DNA of 64,000 nucleotides, from NCBI GenBank assembly GCA_963678065.2, contig CAXXVZ010000004.1, positions 192,001-256,000 on the forward strand. Direction: 5' to 3'. Within the stretch, counting starts at the first letter, position 1; every line of letters starts with the position of its first letter. The notes beneath the pieces are model-generated. The model was not told where the DNA came from. It made no database searches and saw nothing but the letters and a program-made list of their open reading frames with translations. The stretch comes from Treponemataceae bacterium. Lineage in GTDB: Bacteria > Spirochaetota > Spirochaetia > Treponematales > Rectinemataceae. Positions 46,755 to 55,978 of this stretch are shown here, in pieces. The position numbers and the translations under genes were made by a program.

Positions 46755-49477
46755 CTACGCCTCCGGTGCCGGCCTGAGAGCGAGGCCAGGTTGCGCTTCA
46801 GACTCCAGAGCGCGTCTTTCCAGCCGCCTATCGGGAAACGGATGCTCCACACAGGCACATCGTGTGTGGCCCACTCCTTTTTCCAGTCCTCGCCCTCCCC
46901 TCCCAGTTCGACAAGACGGATTCCCCGCGCGTGGCTGACCGAGAGGAAATTCCTGAACAGGATGCGGCCGGGACTGAAGCGGAAATGCTCTTTGTCATAT
47001 GCCATCACGGTGACGATGAGGCGGCCGGGACGCAGGACATTGACTTGCCCCGCGAGGATCTTTCCATCCGAGACCAAGACGAGCAACTCCATCGTTTTGT
47101 CCCTCGTCCACGCGGAGAAAATCGCGCGGTGATAGGCCGCAATCGCCGAAGGAGAAAGGTCTTCGCCGGTGGCGGCGCGATCCTCCGCCCATCGGTACAG
47201 GAGGTCGAGAAAGGCCCCGAGGGCCTTTGCGCCTTCGGGACTGCCGAGATCGTCAGCCGAGAAATGACGGGTCAGGAGGGAATGCCCCGTCACCTCCGAA
47301 AGCAGGCGCTCGGACCTCCTGATATTGTAAAGTGATTTCGAACTCTTCGATTTCCAATATTCGTCGATGTCCTCAGGCAGGCGTATGTGGAAATTCCTGT
47401 TGAAAACCTGCTTCGTGTAAGGAACTTTTCTGGCGATGAGCCTGTCTTCAAGGTCGGTGGCGCAGGAGTCCGCGAGCTTGTACAGGCAGATGAGGCTCGC
47501 CCCTGTTTCGAAGCCGATATCGCCGCGGGATTCGAGCAGGGCATCCCAGACCCGCAGCCCTCCTTTCCTGCTCACACAATACAGATCCATGCTTGTGGCA
47601 TGGTAATCGATCGTCCTTATCGTTCTGATCCTGCCAAACCTGCTCTTGTCTTCGGCAAGGACAAAATACGCCTCGTCTGTGCACATGGAGGAATTTTCTC
47701 CGTCAGTCGCCTGCAGATCGAGCCTGAGCGACGCGGGTCCGCCGAGGATGTTCCTCCAGACCGCCTGCTGGTACCCCATGCCGGCGAAGGGATCGAGACC
47801 GCGGGGCACGAAGATGTCCTGATCCGCCACTTTGTCCCAGTCTTTGTCTTCTCTCAGCCAATGAAGCGAGATCCGGAGATCGCCCGTATAAGGCGGCTCC
47901 GAAGGCCCTCCGGAGTCTTCTCCGGCTGTACCGCGGGGCAATCCGTCGGACTGGAATCTGCCCGATTTTTTTATCGCATGCATGAACAGTTCCTTTTCGG
48001 CGGAATCGACGAAAAGGAACCAGAAGATGACAAGGCACGCCGCCGCTCCGGGAAGCGCGGCAAAACCGAGCGAAAGAAGCGTGTCGGGGTGAAAAAACCT
48101 CAGCGCGAGCCGGGTGATCGCGAGATCGACCAGTCCCGGGATCAACACCGAGGGAATGACCCTCGCCGCATATTCGGGGACTCCGATGCGGTACAATTTC
48201 AGGACCCGGGGAAGTATGATTCCCAGGTCGATGATTATGCACGCGGCGAGCGTGCCGAAAGCCGCTCCGACGATCCCCATCATGGAAACGAAGACTATGC
48301 TGAAACCGACATTGAGCAGCATCCCGGCGATGGCGGCCTTGCCTGTCATGCGGTGGTGACCCGTCATCGTGAGCACTGCGGATGCCATCATCTCGGGAAC
48401 GGTGAGCATGATCGCGCAGACAGTGACGATGAGGGGGGCAGCCGCAGCCGAGAAATCCGGTCCGACCCAGGCGAGGAGAAGCGGCCGCGCCGTGGCGAGC
48501 AGAAAGACCCCTATGACTGTGGCGGGTAAAAAGGCGTATTTCGTGCCTGTAGTGAGGAGGAAACGGATCTTGCCCTCCTCGCCTTTTCCCTTCAGCTCGG
48601 CTACGAGCGGGGAAATCGCGTTCCCGAACTGCTTGATCATGAGCAGATAGTATTCCCCGATCTTGGTCGCGACCGAGTATACGGCGACGGCGCGCAGCGG
48701 GTTTGCGACGATGGCGTTGATGATGAAAGAATCCGTCCGCATCTGGATGAGGACCGCAAGGTTGATGAGAAAGGAAAACATGCTGACGGAAGTCACTTCT
48801 CCGAACTCGCCGCGATCCGCGAGCCTCGGGGAAATGCGCGGCCGGTCCTTCGAGACGAGGACAGGTACGATGTACAGCACATGTTCGAGGATCATCACCC
48901 CGAAATTCACCCAGGCCACGGCGATGATCCCTCCGCCTGCACGGAGGGCTAACACGGTGCCGATGCCATACGCAGCGGTCGTGAATGCCTGGATGGAATT
49001 CACGAGCCAGATTTTCTGCCTGCCATAGAGAATGTGCCGGAAAAGGCTCAAGGGGAGGTAGAGAACCGCGCTCCGAAAAACGAGAATCCAGTAGAGGATG
49101 CGGGCCTTGGCCGCCTGCGCGCCTGAGAGGCCGAGAATGCCGTCCAGGAAGGGACTGAGGGCCAGCGCGACAAGAGCCGACACGAGGGCGAGCACAATGT
49201 ACGAGGCCGACAGCGTGCCCACCAGTCTGTCCCGCCTTTCATGATCTTTGCTGCCGGATAACTGCGCTATGTACTTCACGGAAGCTGTCCCGAACCCGAG
49301 ATCGAAGAGTCCGAAAAAACCGGTCACGGAAAAAACCAGGGTCCAGATCCCGTAATCATCCGCCCCGAAGCCCCGGATCATGACAGGCGTCATGAACATG
49401 AACACGAGGAACATCGTGCCGAAACGGAGATAGTTGCTCAGGGTATTGATCGCCACGCGGCCGGTCCTTGTCAGCAT
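46751..49477 (-). CDS. Oligosaccharide flippase (Wzx/MOP) fused to a C-terminal CelD/BcsL-like GNAT domain
   Basis: N-terminal ~500 aa with ~14 TMs (G...YGIW, LFDLGFG, MRTD, YSVA.K, GIVGAA.GT); after a linker YNIRRSERLL, AYD....FSPGRIL, ELGGEG..WKKEWAT; single uninterrupted ORF. Confidence 0.78.
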   Translation of the reverse strand: MLTRTGRVAINTLSNYLRFGTMFLVFMFMTPVMIRGFGADDYGIWTLVFSVTGFFGLFDLGFGTASVKYIAQLSGSKDHERRDRLVGTLSASYIVLALVSALVALALSPFLDGILGLSGAQAAKARILYWILVFRSAVLYLPLSLFRHILYGRQKIWLVNSIQAFTTAAYGIGTVLALRAGGGIIAVAWVNFGVMILEHVLYIVPVLVSKDRPRISPRLADRGEFGEVTSVSMFSFLINLAVLIQMRTDSFIINAIVANPLRAVAVYSVATKIGEYYLLMIKQFGNAISPLVAELKGKGEEGKIRFLLTTGTKYAFLPATVIGVFLLATARPLLLAWVGPDFSAAAAPLIVTVCAIMLTVPEMMASAVLTMTGHHRMTGKAAIAGMLLNVGFSIVFVSMMGIVGAAFGTLAACIIIDLGIILPRVLKLYRIGVPEYAARVIPSVLIPGLVDLAITRLALRFFHPDTLLSLGFAALPGAAACLVIFWFLFVDSAEKELFMHAIKKSGRFQSDGLPRGTAGEDSGGPSEPPYTGDLRISLHWLREDKDWDKVADQDIFVPRGLDPFAGMGYQQAVWRNILGGPASLRLDLQATDGENSSMCTDEAYFVLAEDKSRFGRIRTIRTIDYHATSMDLYCVSRKGGLRVWDALLESRGDIGFETGASLICLYKLADSCATDLEDRLIARKVPYTKQVFNRNFHIRLPEDIDEYWKSKSSKSLYNIRRSERLLSEVTGHSLLTRHFSADDLGSPEGAKALGAFLDLLYRWAEDRAATGEDLSPSAIAAYHRAIFSAWTRDKTMELLVLVSDGKILAGQVNVLRPGRLIVTVMAYDKEHFRFSPGRILFRNFLSVSHARGIRLVELGGEGEDWKKEWATHDVPVWSIRFPIGGWKDALWSLKRNLASLSGRHRRRR

Positions 49478-49623
49478 CCGACGGTCCTTCGCATCGCTCC
49501 ACCTCTGCAGGTACACAGCTCGGGTACACAGCTATAGTAGGCATCGGCGAAAAACAAGCAATTCTTTACAGATTTGTCCTGTGCTCGGTTGCAGGATCGC
49601 GCCGGAACGGGAATGCGGCGATC

Positions 49624-50496
49624 TCAATTCCCCGCCCACTCGCTCGGGGCGACGCCGCTTTTTTTCTTGAAAAGCCTCGAGAAATAGTACTGGTCGTCGA
49701 AGCCGAGCCTGTAGGCGACCTCCTTCACGGAGATCCCGCCCGAGGCGAGCAGCTCCTTGGCCCTGTTGATCTTGAGCTGGATGAAGTACTGGTAGGGAGT
49801 CATCCCGGTGTAGGCCTTGAAGGACTCGTAGAAGCGGGCCTGGGCGACGCCGAGCTTCTCTCCGACTTCGTCGACGCTCATCGTGCCATATACGTTCTCG
49901 CGCATGAGGAATTTCGCCCGCTCGACGAGAGCCTCCGATTCGCTGTGCTGCTCGGCCTTCCGCGCGCGGCCGAGAATCTCGGCGAGGAGGACCATGACAA
50001 GGGCGCCCGCGCGGAACTGGTAATACGGCTCCTGAGACTCGACGACGGAAAAAATATCCGAGAAAACCGAGAGGATGGACTGCTGCACGCCGACGGGGAA
50101 AAAGGGCGTCGTTGGCGAATGGAAGCCCGAGTCGCGCAGCTCGTCGGCGGAAGGCCCCCGGAATCCGACCCAGTATTCTTCCCATCCTGAGTCCGGGTCG
50201 GGACGGTAGGAGTGCCGCACGCCTGGGAAGACCGCGAGGACGGAACCGGCCAGGACGGGCCAGCTGCGGTCCCCCGAGGTGAAGCTTCCCCTGCCCTTGG
50301 TCACGTAGACGAGTTGGTATTCGTTGACCACCCTCCCGGTGGCGACAGTCTTGTAGGCGGAGGGGTGTCCTACTCCCGAAGGAGGATAGGGGCTGCCGGG
50401 AAGAACCTCGGCCATGCCGACATCGGTGCAGACGATAAGGCGCCTCTCGTCCTCATCGCTCCAGGTGAGATAGGAAGAAAAATTCCTTCGTTCCAT
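49624..50496 (-). CDS. AraC family transcriptional regulator
   Basis: Cupin domain (YQLVYV..G.G, HSY.P, W.EYW.GF) and AraC HTH (GFDDQYYFSRLFKK..G); start may be 50514. Confidence 0.92.
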   Translation of the reverse strand: MERRNFSSYLTWSDEDERRLIVCTDVGMAEVLPGSPYPPSGVGHPSAYKTVATGRVVNEYQLVYVTKGRGSFTSGDRSWPVLAGSVLAVFPGVRHSYRPDPDSGWEEYWVGFRGPSADELRDSGFHSPTTPFFPVGVQQSILSVFSDIFSVVESQEPYYQFRAGALVMVLLAEILGRARKAEQHSESEALVERAKFLMRENVYGTMSVDEVGEKLGVAQARFYESFKAYTGMTPYQYFIQLKINRAKELLASGGISVKEVAYRLGFDDQYYFSRLFKKKSGVAPSEWAGN

Positions 50497-50559
50497 CGCC
50501 CCATGATCGGGCATGAGGCGAGGTCTTGTCCACAGTCATCGCCGCGCTGCGCGGCGCGG

Positions 50560-50588
50560 TTGCACAGATTGCATAGAAACAGTATACT
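50560..50588 (+). promoter_or_regulatory. sigma70 promoter of the DEAD-box helicase
   Basis: TTGCAC-17-TATACT. Confidence 0.6.
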
Positions 50589-50738
50589 CTTCCTGTATTC
50601 GGTAGTCCGCGCTTCATGAATCGACTTCTTCTCAACCGTAAGTCGAGCGCATTCCTTCCGAAATCTTCAAGCCCGACCATCACGGCACATTCAATTGCAC
50701 CGGTTTCATGCCGTCCCTGCATTGCAAAAGGATTCTCA

Positions 50739-52202
50739 TTGAACTTCTCTTCCTTCTCATTTCACGCACAGATCCAGTCCAACATCGAGGCACAGGGGTA
50801 TACGACTCCGACTCCGATCCAGAATCAGACCATTCCCGCCATCCTCGAAGGGCGCGACGTCCTCGGACTCGCGCAGACGGGAACGGGCAAAACGGCCGCC
50901 TTCGCGCTTCCCATCCTCCAGCGCCTCCTTGACAAAAAGCGCGACGACAGTGAATCGATTCCCGGAGTACCCCGCAGCAGGATCCCCTCGGGCACGACGC
51001 CAGCCAGGCCCCGCGCCCTCATCCTCTCGCCCACGCGCGAACTCGCCGGACAGACTTGCGAGGCCATCGGAAAGCTGGCCGCGAAGACCGGTGTCTACGC
51101 GACGGCGATCTACGGCGGCGTCACCGTCAAATCGCAGATCAAGGCTCTCGCGAACAGCGCAGTCGAAATCATCGTCGCCTGTCCCGGGCGCCTCCTCGAC
51201 CTCATGCAGCAGAGGGTCATCTCCCTCGACTCGGTCGAAATCCTCGTCCTCGACGAAGCCGACCAGATGTGCGACATGGGCTTTCTGCCTTCGATCAAAC
51301 GCATCATCGCCGCCCTTCCGCGCGCGCGGCAGACCCTGCTTTTTTCCGCGACCATGCCAAGCGAAATCCGCGGCCTCACGCGCGAGTTCCAGCGCGACCC
51401 CGTCCGCGTTGAAATCGGCAATTCCAGGCCGGTCGAGACAGTGAGTCACGCCATCTATCCCATCGGCCAGGCCGACAAGTACGAACTCCTCACGGCCCTG
51501 CTTCCCGACATGGGCGAGGGCCAGGCCCTCATATTCACCCGCACCAAGCACAGGGCCAAGAAACTCGCCCTCCAACTCTCCCGCGCGGGTCTTTCTGCAA
51601 CGGCCCTCCAGGGCAACCTCTCCCAGAACCAGCGACAGATCGCCATGGACGACTTCCGTTCAGGGCGCGTGAAGCTCATGGTCGCCACCGACATCGCGGC
51701 GCGCGGAATCGACATCTCACTCATCTCCCACGTCATCAATTTCGACATCCCCGACACGCCCGAGGCCTACACCCACCGCATCGGCCGCACAGGGCGCATG
51801 CTCAAGAAAGGCACGGCCCTCACCCTTGTCACGCCCGAGGACCAGGCCATGCTGCGCAGCATCGAGAAAGTTGTCGGCGCCCCGATCGAGCGGAAGACCC
51901 TGGAGGGATTCGTTCCCGCGAAGGGGGAAAAGGCGCCCTTCGACGCCCGCTCGCCCAAGGCCAGACCAGAGAGGCCACAGCGGAGCAAGACTGCCCAGAC
52001 TTCCCGTGCTCCGGGCGCAGCCCGGACTCCGAGTGCGGCGCCCCGGACTCCGAGCGCGCCCCGCGCGTCAGGCCCAGCCCGGACTCCCAACGGCTCCCGC
52101 GCCCCCCGCTCACCGTTCACCTCTCCCTACGCCGCGCCGTCGAGGCCTGGCCGCGTGGCCCATGGGCGCCCCCAGACCCGCGCGGAGGGCTGGAGCCGGT
52201 AA
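50739..52202 (+). CDS. rhlE: DEAD-box RNA helicase (RhlE-like)
   Basis: TTG start after AAAGGA; Q motif PTPIQ, AQTGTGKT, PTRELA, DEAD, SAT, ARGID, HRIGRTGR; basic disordered tail. Confidence 0.93.
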   Translation: MNFSSFSFHAQIQSNIEAQGYTTPTPIQNQTIPAILEGRDVLGLAQTGTGKTAAFALPILQRLLDKKRDDSESIPGVPRSRIPSGTTPARPRALILSPTRELAGQTCEAIGKLAAKTGVYATAIYGGVTVKSQIKALANSAVEIIVACPGRLLDLMQQRVISLDSVEILVLDEADQMCDMGFLPSIKRIIAALPRARQTLLFSATMPSEIRGLTREFQRDPVRVEIGNSRPVETVSHAIYPIGQADKYELLTALLPDMGEGQALIFTRTKHRAKKLALQLSRAGLSATALQGNLSQNQRQIAMDDFRSGRVKLMVATDIAARGIDISLISHVINFDIPDTPEAYTHRIGRTGRMLKKGTALTLVTPEDQAMLRSIEKVVGAPIERKTLEGFVPAKGEKAPFDARSPKARPERPQRSKTAQTSRAPGAARTPSAAPRTPSAPRASGPARTPNGSRAPRSPFTSPYAAPSRPGRVAHGRPQTRAEGWSR

Positions 52203-52335
52203 GTAAGGAATTCGACAGAAAGATTGTGGAGGAGCACAGGGGCCGGAACGCGGAACCTGCCTTCACCGCTTTAATCCATCCCGCGGAAGGTCTTTGTCCA
52301 TTCACGGATCGGGAAATGCGCGTGATACTGTCACC

Positions 52336-53457
52336 ATGAGCATCAAAGACCTTGTCGCGGTATCGCGACGATATGGAGCCGACCCCGACTACGTCGTCGC
52401 GGGCGGCGGCAACACTTCCTGGAAAACGGAGACCGAGCTCTACATCAAAGGTTCGGGGTCGGCCCTCGAATCGATCGACGAAAACGGCTTTGTCCGCATG
52501 GACCGCGCGAAGCTCGCCGCCGTCTGGACCGCCTCCTATCCCGTCGATACCGACGCCCGCGAGAGCGCCGTCCTCGTCGACCTCATGGCGGCGAGATTTC
52601 CCGGCGAACAGGACAAGCGTCCAAGCGTCGAGACCCTCCTCCACGATATCCTCCCCCCGGCCTTCGTCGTCCACACCCACCCCGCCCTCGTGAACGGCAT
52701 CACCTGTTCGGCACAGGGCGAGAAGGCCGCCCGGCGACTCTTCGGAGAAGATGCCCTCTGGATCCCCTCCATGAACCCAGGCTATGTCCTCTCGCGCGCC
52801 GTGAAGGAAGCCTTCGAGGCTCACTGCGCGCGGACCGGACGCGCGCCCGCCTTCATACTCCTGCAGAATCACGGCATCTTCATCGCAGCCGATTCGGTCG
52901 CCGGGATCGACGCGATCTACGGCCGGGTCATGTCGACGATCGGAAACCGGATCGCGCGCGCACCCGATTTCTCAGGAGCTGTCTCGACATATGGAGCCTC
53001 CGCCGAAATCGCGGTCCGCCTCACCGCGCTTGCGGGGAATCCGGACGCTCCGGCGAGCGTAGTCTTCCGCAGGGACGCCGAGCTCGCCCGCCTGACAGTC
53101 GACGCCGCGGCCTTCGCGCCCGTCGCTTCAGCCTATTCCCCCGACCACATCGTGTACGCGGGGAGCGACCCGCTCTTCGTCGACTCGCCAGAGGGGATCG
53201 AGGCCGCGTGGCGGCGTTTCCTCGACACGAAAAAACGCACGCCCAAGATACTCGCCCTCAGGGGAACGGGAATCTTCGGAATCGGCGCAAACGAAAAGGC
53301 CGCCCGGCTCGCGGTGGAGCTCTTCATGGACGCGGCCAAGGTCGCGGCCTATGTCGAATCCTTCGGCGGACCGCGCTTCATGAGTCAGGACCAGATCGAT
53401 TTCATCAACAACTGGGAAGTCGAGCGCTACCGCTCGAAGATCTCCACAAAAGCTTGA
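52336..53457 (+). CDS. Class II aldolase, rhamnulose-1-phosphate aldolase-like (RhaEW N-terminal type, no SDR domain)
   Basis: GGGNTSWK, PSVETLLH, HTHP, LQNHG, PDH, WEVE.YR; adjacent to rhaA. Confidence 0.8.
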   Translation: MSIKDLVAVSRRYGADPDYVVAGGGNTSWKTETELYIKGSGSALESIDENGFVRMDRAKLAAVWTASYPVDTDARESAVLVDLMAARFPGEQDKRPSVETLLHDILPPAFVVHTHPALVNGITCSAQGEKAARRLFGEDALWIPSMNPGYVLSRAVKEAFEAHCARTGRAPAFILLQNHGIFIAADSVAGIDAIYGRVMSTIGNRIARAPDFSGAVSTYGASAEIAVRLTALAGNPDAPASVVFRRDAELARLTVDAAAFAPVASAYSPDHIVYAGSDPLFVDSPEGIEAAWRRFLDTKKRTPKILALRGTGIFGIGANEKAARLAVELFMDAAKVAAYVESFGGPRFMSQDQIDFINNWEVERYRSKISTKA

Positions 53458-53478
53458 ATCGTGCACAAGGAGAATCAT

Positions 53479-54762
53479 ATGGGCAGATATTCCGACACCG
53501 ATTCGATCGAAAAAGCCTACAGCCTCGCCAGGGCGCGCTACGCCGGCCTCGGCGTCGACACCGAGGCCGTTCTCGCGTCGACCGCGAAGATTCCCGTCTC
53601 CCTCCACTGCTGGCAGGGCGACGATGTCGGCGGCTTCGAGAACAAGGACGGGCTCACGGGCGGCGGCATCCTCGCGACGGGCAACTATCCTGGCAAGGCG
53701 CGGAACGCGACCGAACTCCGCGCGGACGCTGACTTCGCCTTCTCCCTCATTCCGGGGACCAAGCGCTTCAACCTCCACATGATCTACGCCGAAACCGGCG
53801 GGGAAAAGGTCTCGCGCGCGAAGCTCAGCCCCGAGCACTTCACAGCCTGGATAGACTGGGCGAAGGGAAAGGGCATCGGCCTCGATTTCAACCCCTCCTT
53901 CTTCTCTCACCCCATGGCCGAATCGGGTTTCACACTCTCCAGCGCCGACGACGCAGTCCGAGAGTTCTGGATCGAGCACGCGAAGGCGAGCCGCCGCATC
54001 GCGAGCGCCATGGGAACGGCGCTCGGCACTCCTTCGGTCAACAATATCTGGATTCCCGACGGATCGAAGGATCTCCCCGCCGACCGCCTCGCGCCGCGGG
54101 AGAGACTTCGCGAGTCTCTCGATGAAGTCCTCTCCGAAAAGCTCCCCGCAGGCAGCCTCGTCGACGCGGTGGAGTGCAAGCTCTTCGGAATCGGGAGCGA
54201 GGCATACGTCGTCGGATCGCACGAGTTCTACATGGGCTACGCCGCCACGAGGGGCGTGAAACTCACCCTCGACATGGGACACTTCCACCCGACCGAGACC
54301 ATCGCCGACAAAATCTCCGCCATGCTCCTCTTCACGCCAGGCCTCTTGCTCCACATCAGTCGCGGCCTTCGCTGGGACTCCGACCACGTCGCCCTCTACT
54401 CGGACGAAGTGCGGGATGTCTGCCGCGAGATCGCCCGCATGGACGCCTTCGGCAAAATCGACATCGCCCTCGACTACTTCGACGCATCGATCAACCGAAT
54501 AGCCGCCTGGGCCATCGGGGCGAGGGGACTGCAGAAGGCCATCCTCGACGCGAAACTCGAGCCGACCGCCCTCATCAGGAAGGCCGAGGCCGGGGGACGC
54601 AACCACGAGCGGCTCGCCCTCATGGAAGAGTCCAAGACCCTCCCCTTCGGCGCCGTCTGGGACAAGTACTGCCTCGACCAGGGCGTCCCCGTCGGGACGG
54701 ACTGGATCGAAGAGGTCTCTGGCTGGGAAAAGAGGACGCTCGCGGGGAGAACCCAGGGCTGA
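53479..54762 (+). CDS. rhaA: L-rhamnose isomerase
   Basis: SLHCWQGDDV.GFE, TGNYPG.AR, WIPDG.KD, E.KLFGIG.E, D.GHFHPTE, RWDSDH, DYFDASINR. Confidence 0.96.
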   Translation: MGRYSDTDSIEKAYSLARARYAGLGVDTEAVLASTAKIPVSLHCWQGDDVGGFENKDGLTGGGILATGNYPGKARNATELRADADFAFSLIPGTKRFNLHMIYAETGGEKVSRAKLSPEHFTAWIDWAKGKGIGLDFNPSFFSHPMAESGFTLSSADDAVREFWIEHAKASRRIASAMGTALGTPSVNNIWIPDGSKDLPADRLAPRERLRESLDEVLSEKLPAGSLVDAVECKLFGIGSEAYVVGSHEFYMGYAATRGVKLTLDMGHFHPTETIADKISAMLLFTPGLLLHISRGLRWDSDHVALYSDEVRDVCREIARMDAFGKIDIALDYFDASINRIAAWAIGARGLQKAILDAKLEPTALIRKAEAGGRNHERLALMEESKTLPFGAVWDKYCLDQGVPVGTDWIEEVSGWEKRTLAGRTQG

Positions 54763-54765
54763 AGC

Positions 54766-55974
54766 CTAGCCTTCCGGGAACAGTGTCTCGCGCGTCCGCG
54801 CGTCGAGTTTCGAAATAGTGCAGGCCGGAATCGTGTACATGGCGATGAAGCGCGGAAGGAATTTTTTCAGCGGGGATGCGAAGACCAGAGCGACAAGGGC
54901 GCCGCGGGCGGCCGACCAGGCCGCGCCGCCGCCTGTCCCCGCCCTCATCATGAGCCAGGCGCGCGAGGCGGCCCTCCTGGCCGCGCGCCGTCTCACGCGG
55001 GTGTAGGCCCGGCCGAGGGCTTCGAGCGAATCCGGATTTTCCAGCGCCCGCCCGATGACGCGCGCGAGGAATTCCGCGTCGGCGAAGCCCGTGTTCATAT
55101 TCTGGCCGCCGATGGGGGACATGAGGTGGGCCGCGTCCCCCGCGAGGAAGACCCGCCCGGCGGAGTAGCTCCCGGCCGTGAAGCGCTGCACTCCGAAGGC
55201 GCTTTCCCAGACCATCTCCGAAGCTTCCGGCTTCAGCCCCGCGCGCAGGGCGATGTTCCGCACGAGGTAGTCCTGTCCACCCTCCTTCACGAAGCCTTCG
55301 GTCCTGAGAACGAAGCGGCGCAAGCCCCCGGGCATCGGGAATGATTCGACACTGCCGTGGCGCGTGAAGAACATCCTGACTTCTTCGCCCCAGCCGCTTC
55401 GGTCGACGAAATCCCCCATAAGAAAAGTATCCCCGTAGGCCGCGCCCCGGAAGGCTATCCCCGCCGCACTCCGGACGACGCTCTTTCCGCCGTCGCAGCC
55501 CGCGAGAAAATCCGCCCGAAACTCGAAACTCCCCTCTGGCCCCGTTCCGCGCAAAAGCGGGCGGCCGCCCTCGTCGAAGGCGATCCTTGTGACCTCGTGG
55601 CCGTAGCGCAGCCTGATATGCGGCGAGCGCGAAGCCGCGTCCGCGAGGAGTCTCTCCGTCTCTCCCTGCGGCAGGGAGAGAATGAAGGGGTACCGCGATC
55701 CGAGCGAATGGAAATCCAGGGAACCCAGATACAGCCGCGTTCCGTACACCCTGCTCTCGCGGACCCGGACGCCGCGCGCGACGAGAGCTTTTGCGAGCCC
55801 TAAGCTTTCGAATATCTCGAGCGACGGAGGCGTGATCCCGATGGCGCGGGCGTTGGCGACGGGCCCGGATCGCTTTTCGAACACGACGACGCCGATCCCC
55901 GCCGCAGCGAGGAGGTTGGCGGCGAGGAGTCCGACGGGCCCCGCCCCCACCACGGCGACAGTGGCTTCGGGCAC
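54766..55974 (-). CDS. Class A FAD-dependent monooxygenase (PHBH/UbiH/MhpA-like)
   Basis: GAGPVG, CDGGKSVVR, GDAAH..SP.GGQ.MNTG; GTG 4 nt after the cydB stop. Confidence 0.85.
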   Translation of the reverse strand: MPEATVAVVGAGPVGLLAANLLAAAGIGVVVFEKRSGPVANARAIGITPPSLEIFESLGLAKALVARGVRVRESRVYGTRLYLGSLDFHSLGSRYPFILSLPQGETERLLADAASRSPHIRLRYGHEVTRIAFDEGGRPLLRGTGPEGSFEFRADFLAGCDGGKSVVRSAAGIAFRGAAYGDTFLMGDFVDRSGWGEEVRMFFTRHGSVESFPMPGGLRRFVLRTEGFVKEGGQDYLVRNIALRAGLKPEASEMVWESAFGVQRFTAGSYSAGRVFLAGDAAHLMSPIGGQNMNTGFADAEFLARVIGRALENPDSLEALGRAYTRVRRRAARRAASRAWLMMRAGTGGGAAWSAARGALVALVFASPLKKFLPRFIAMYTIPACTISKLDARTRETLFPEG

Positions 55975-55978
55975 CGCC

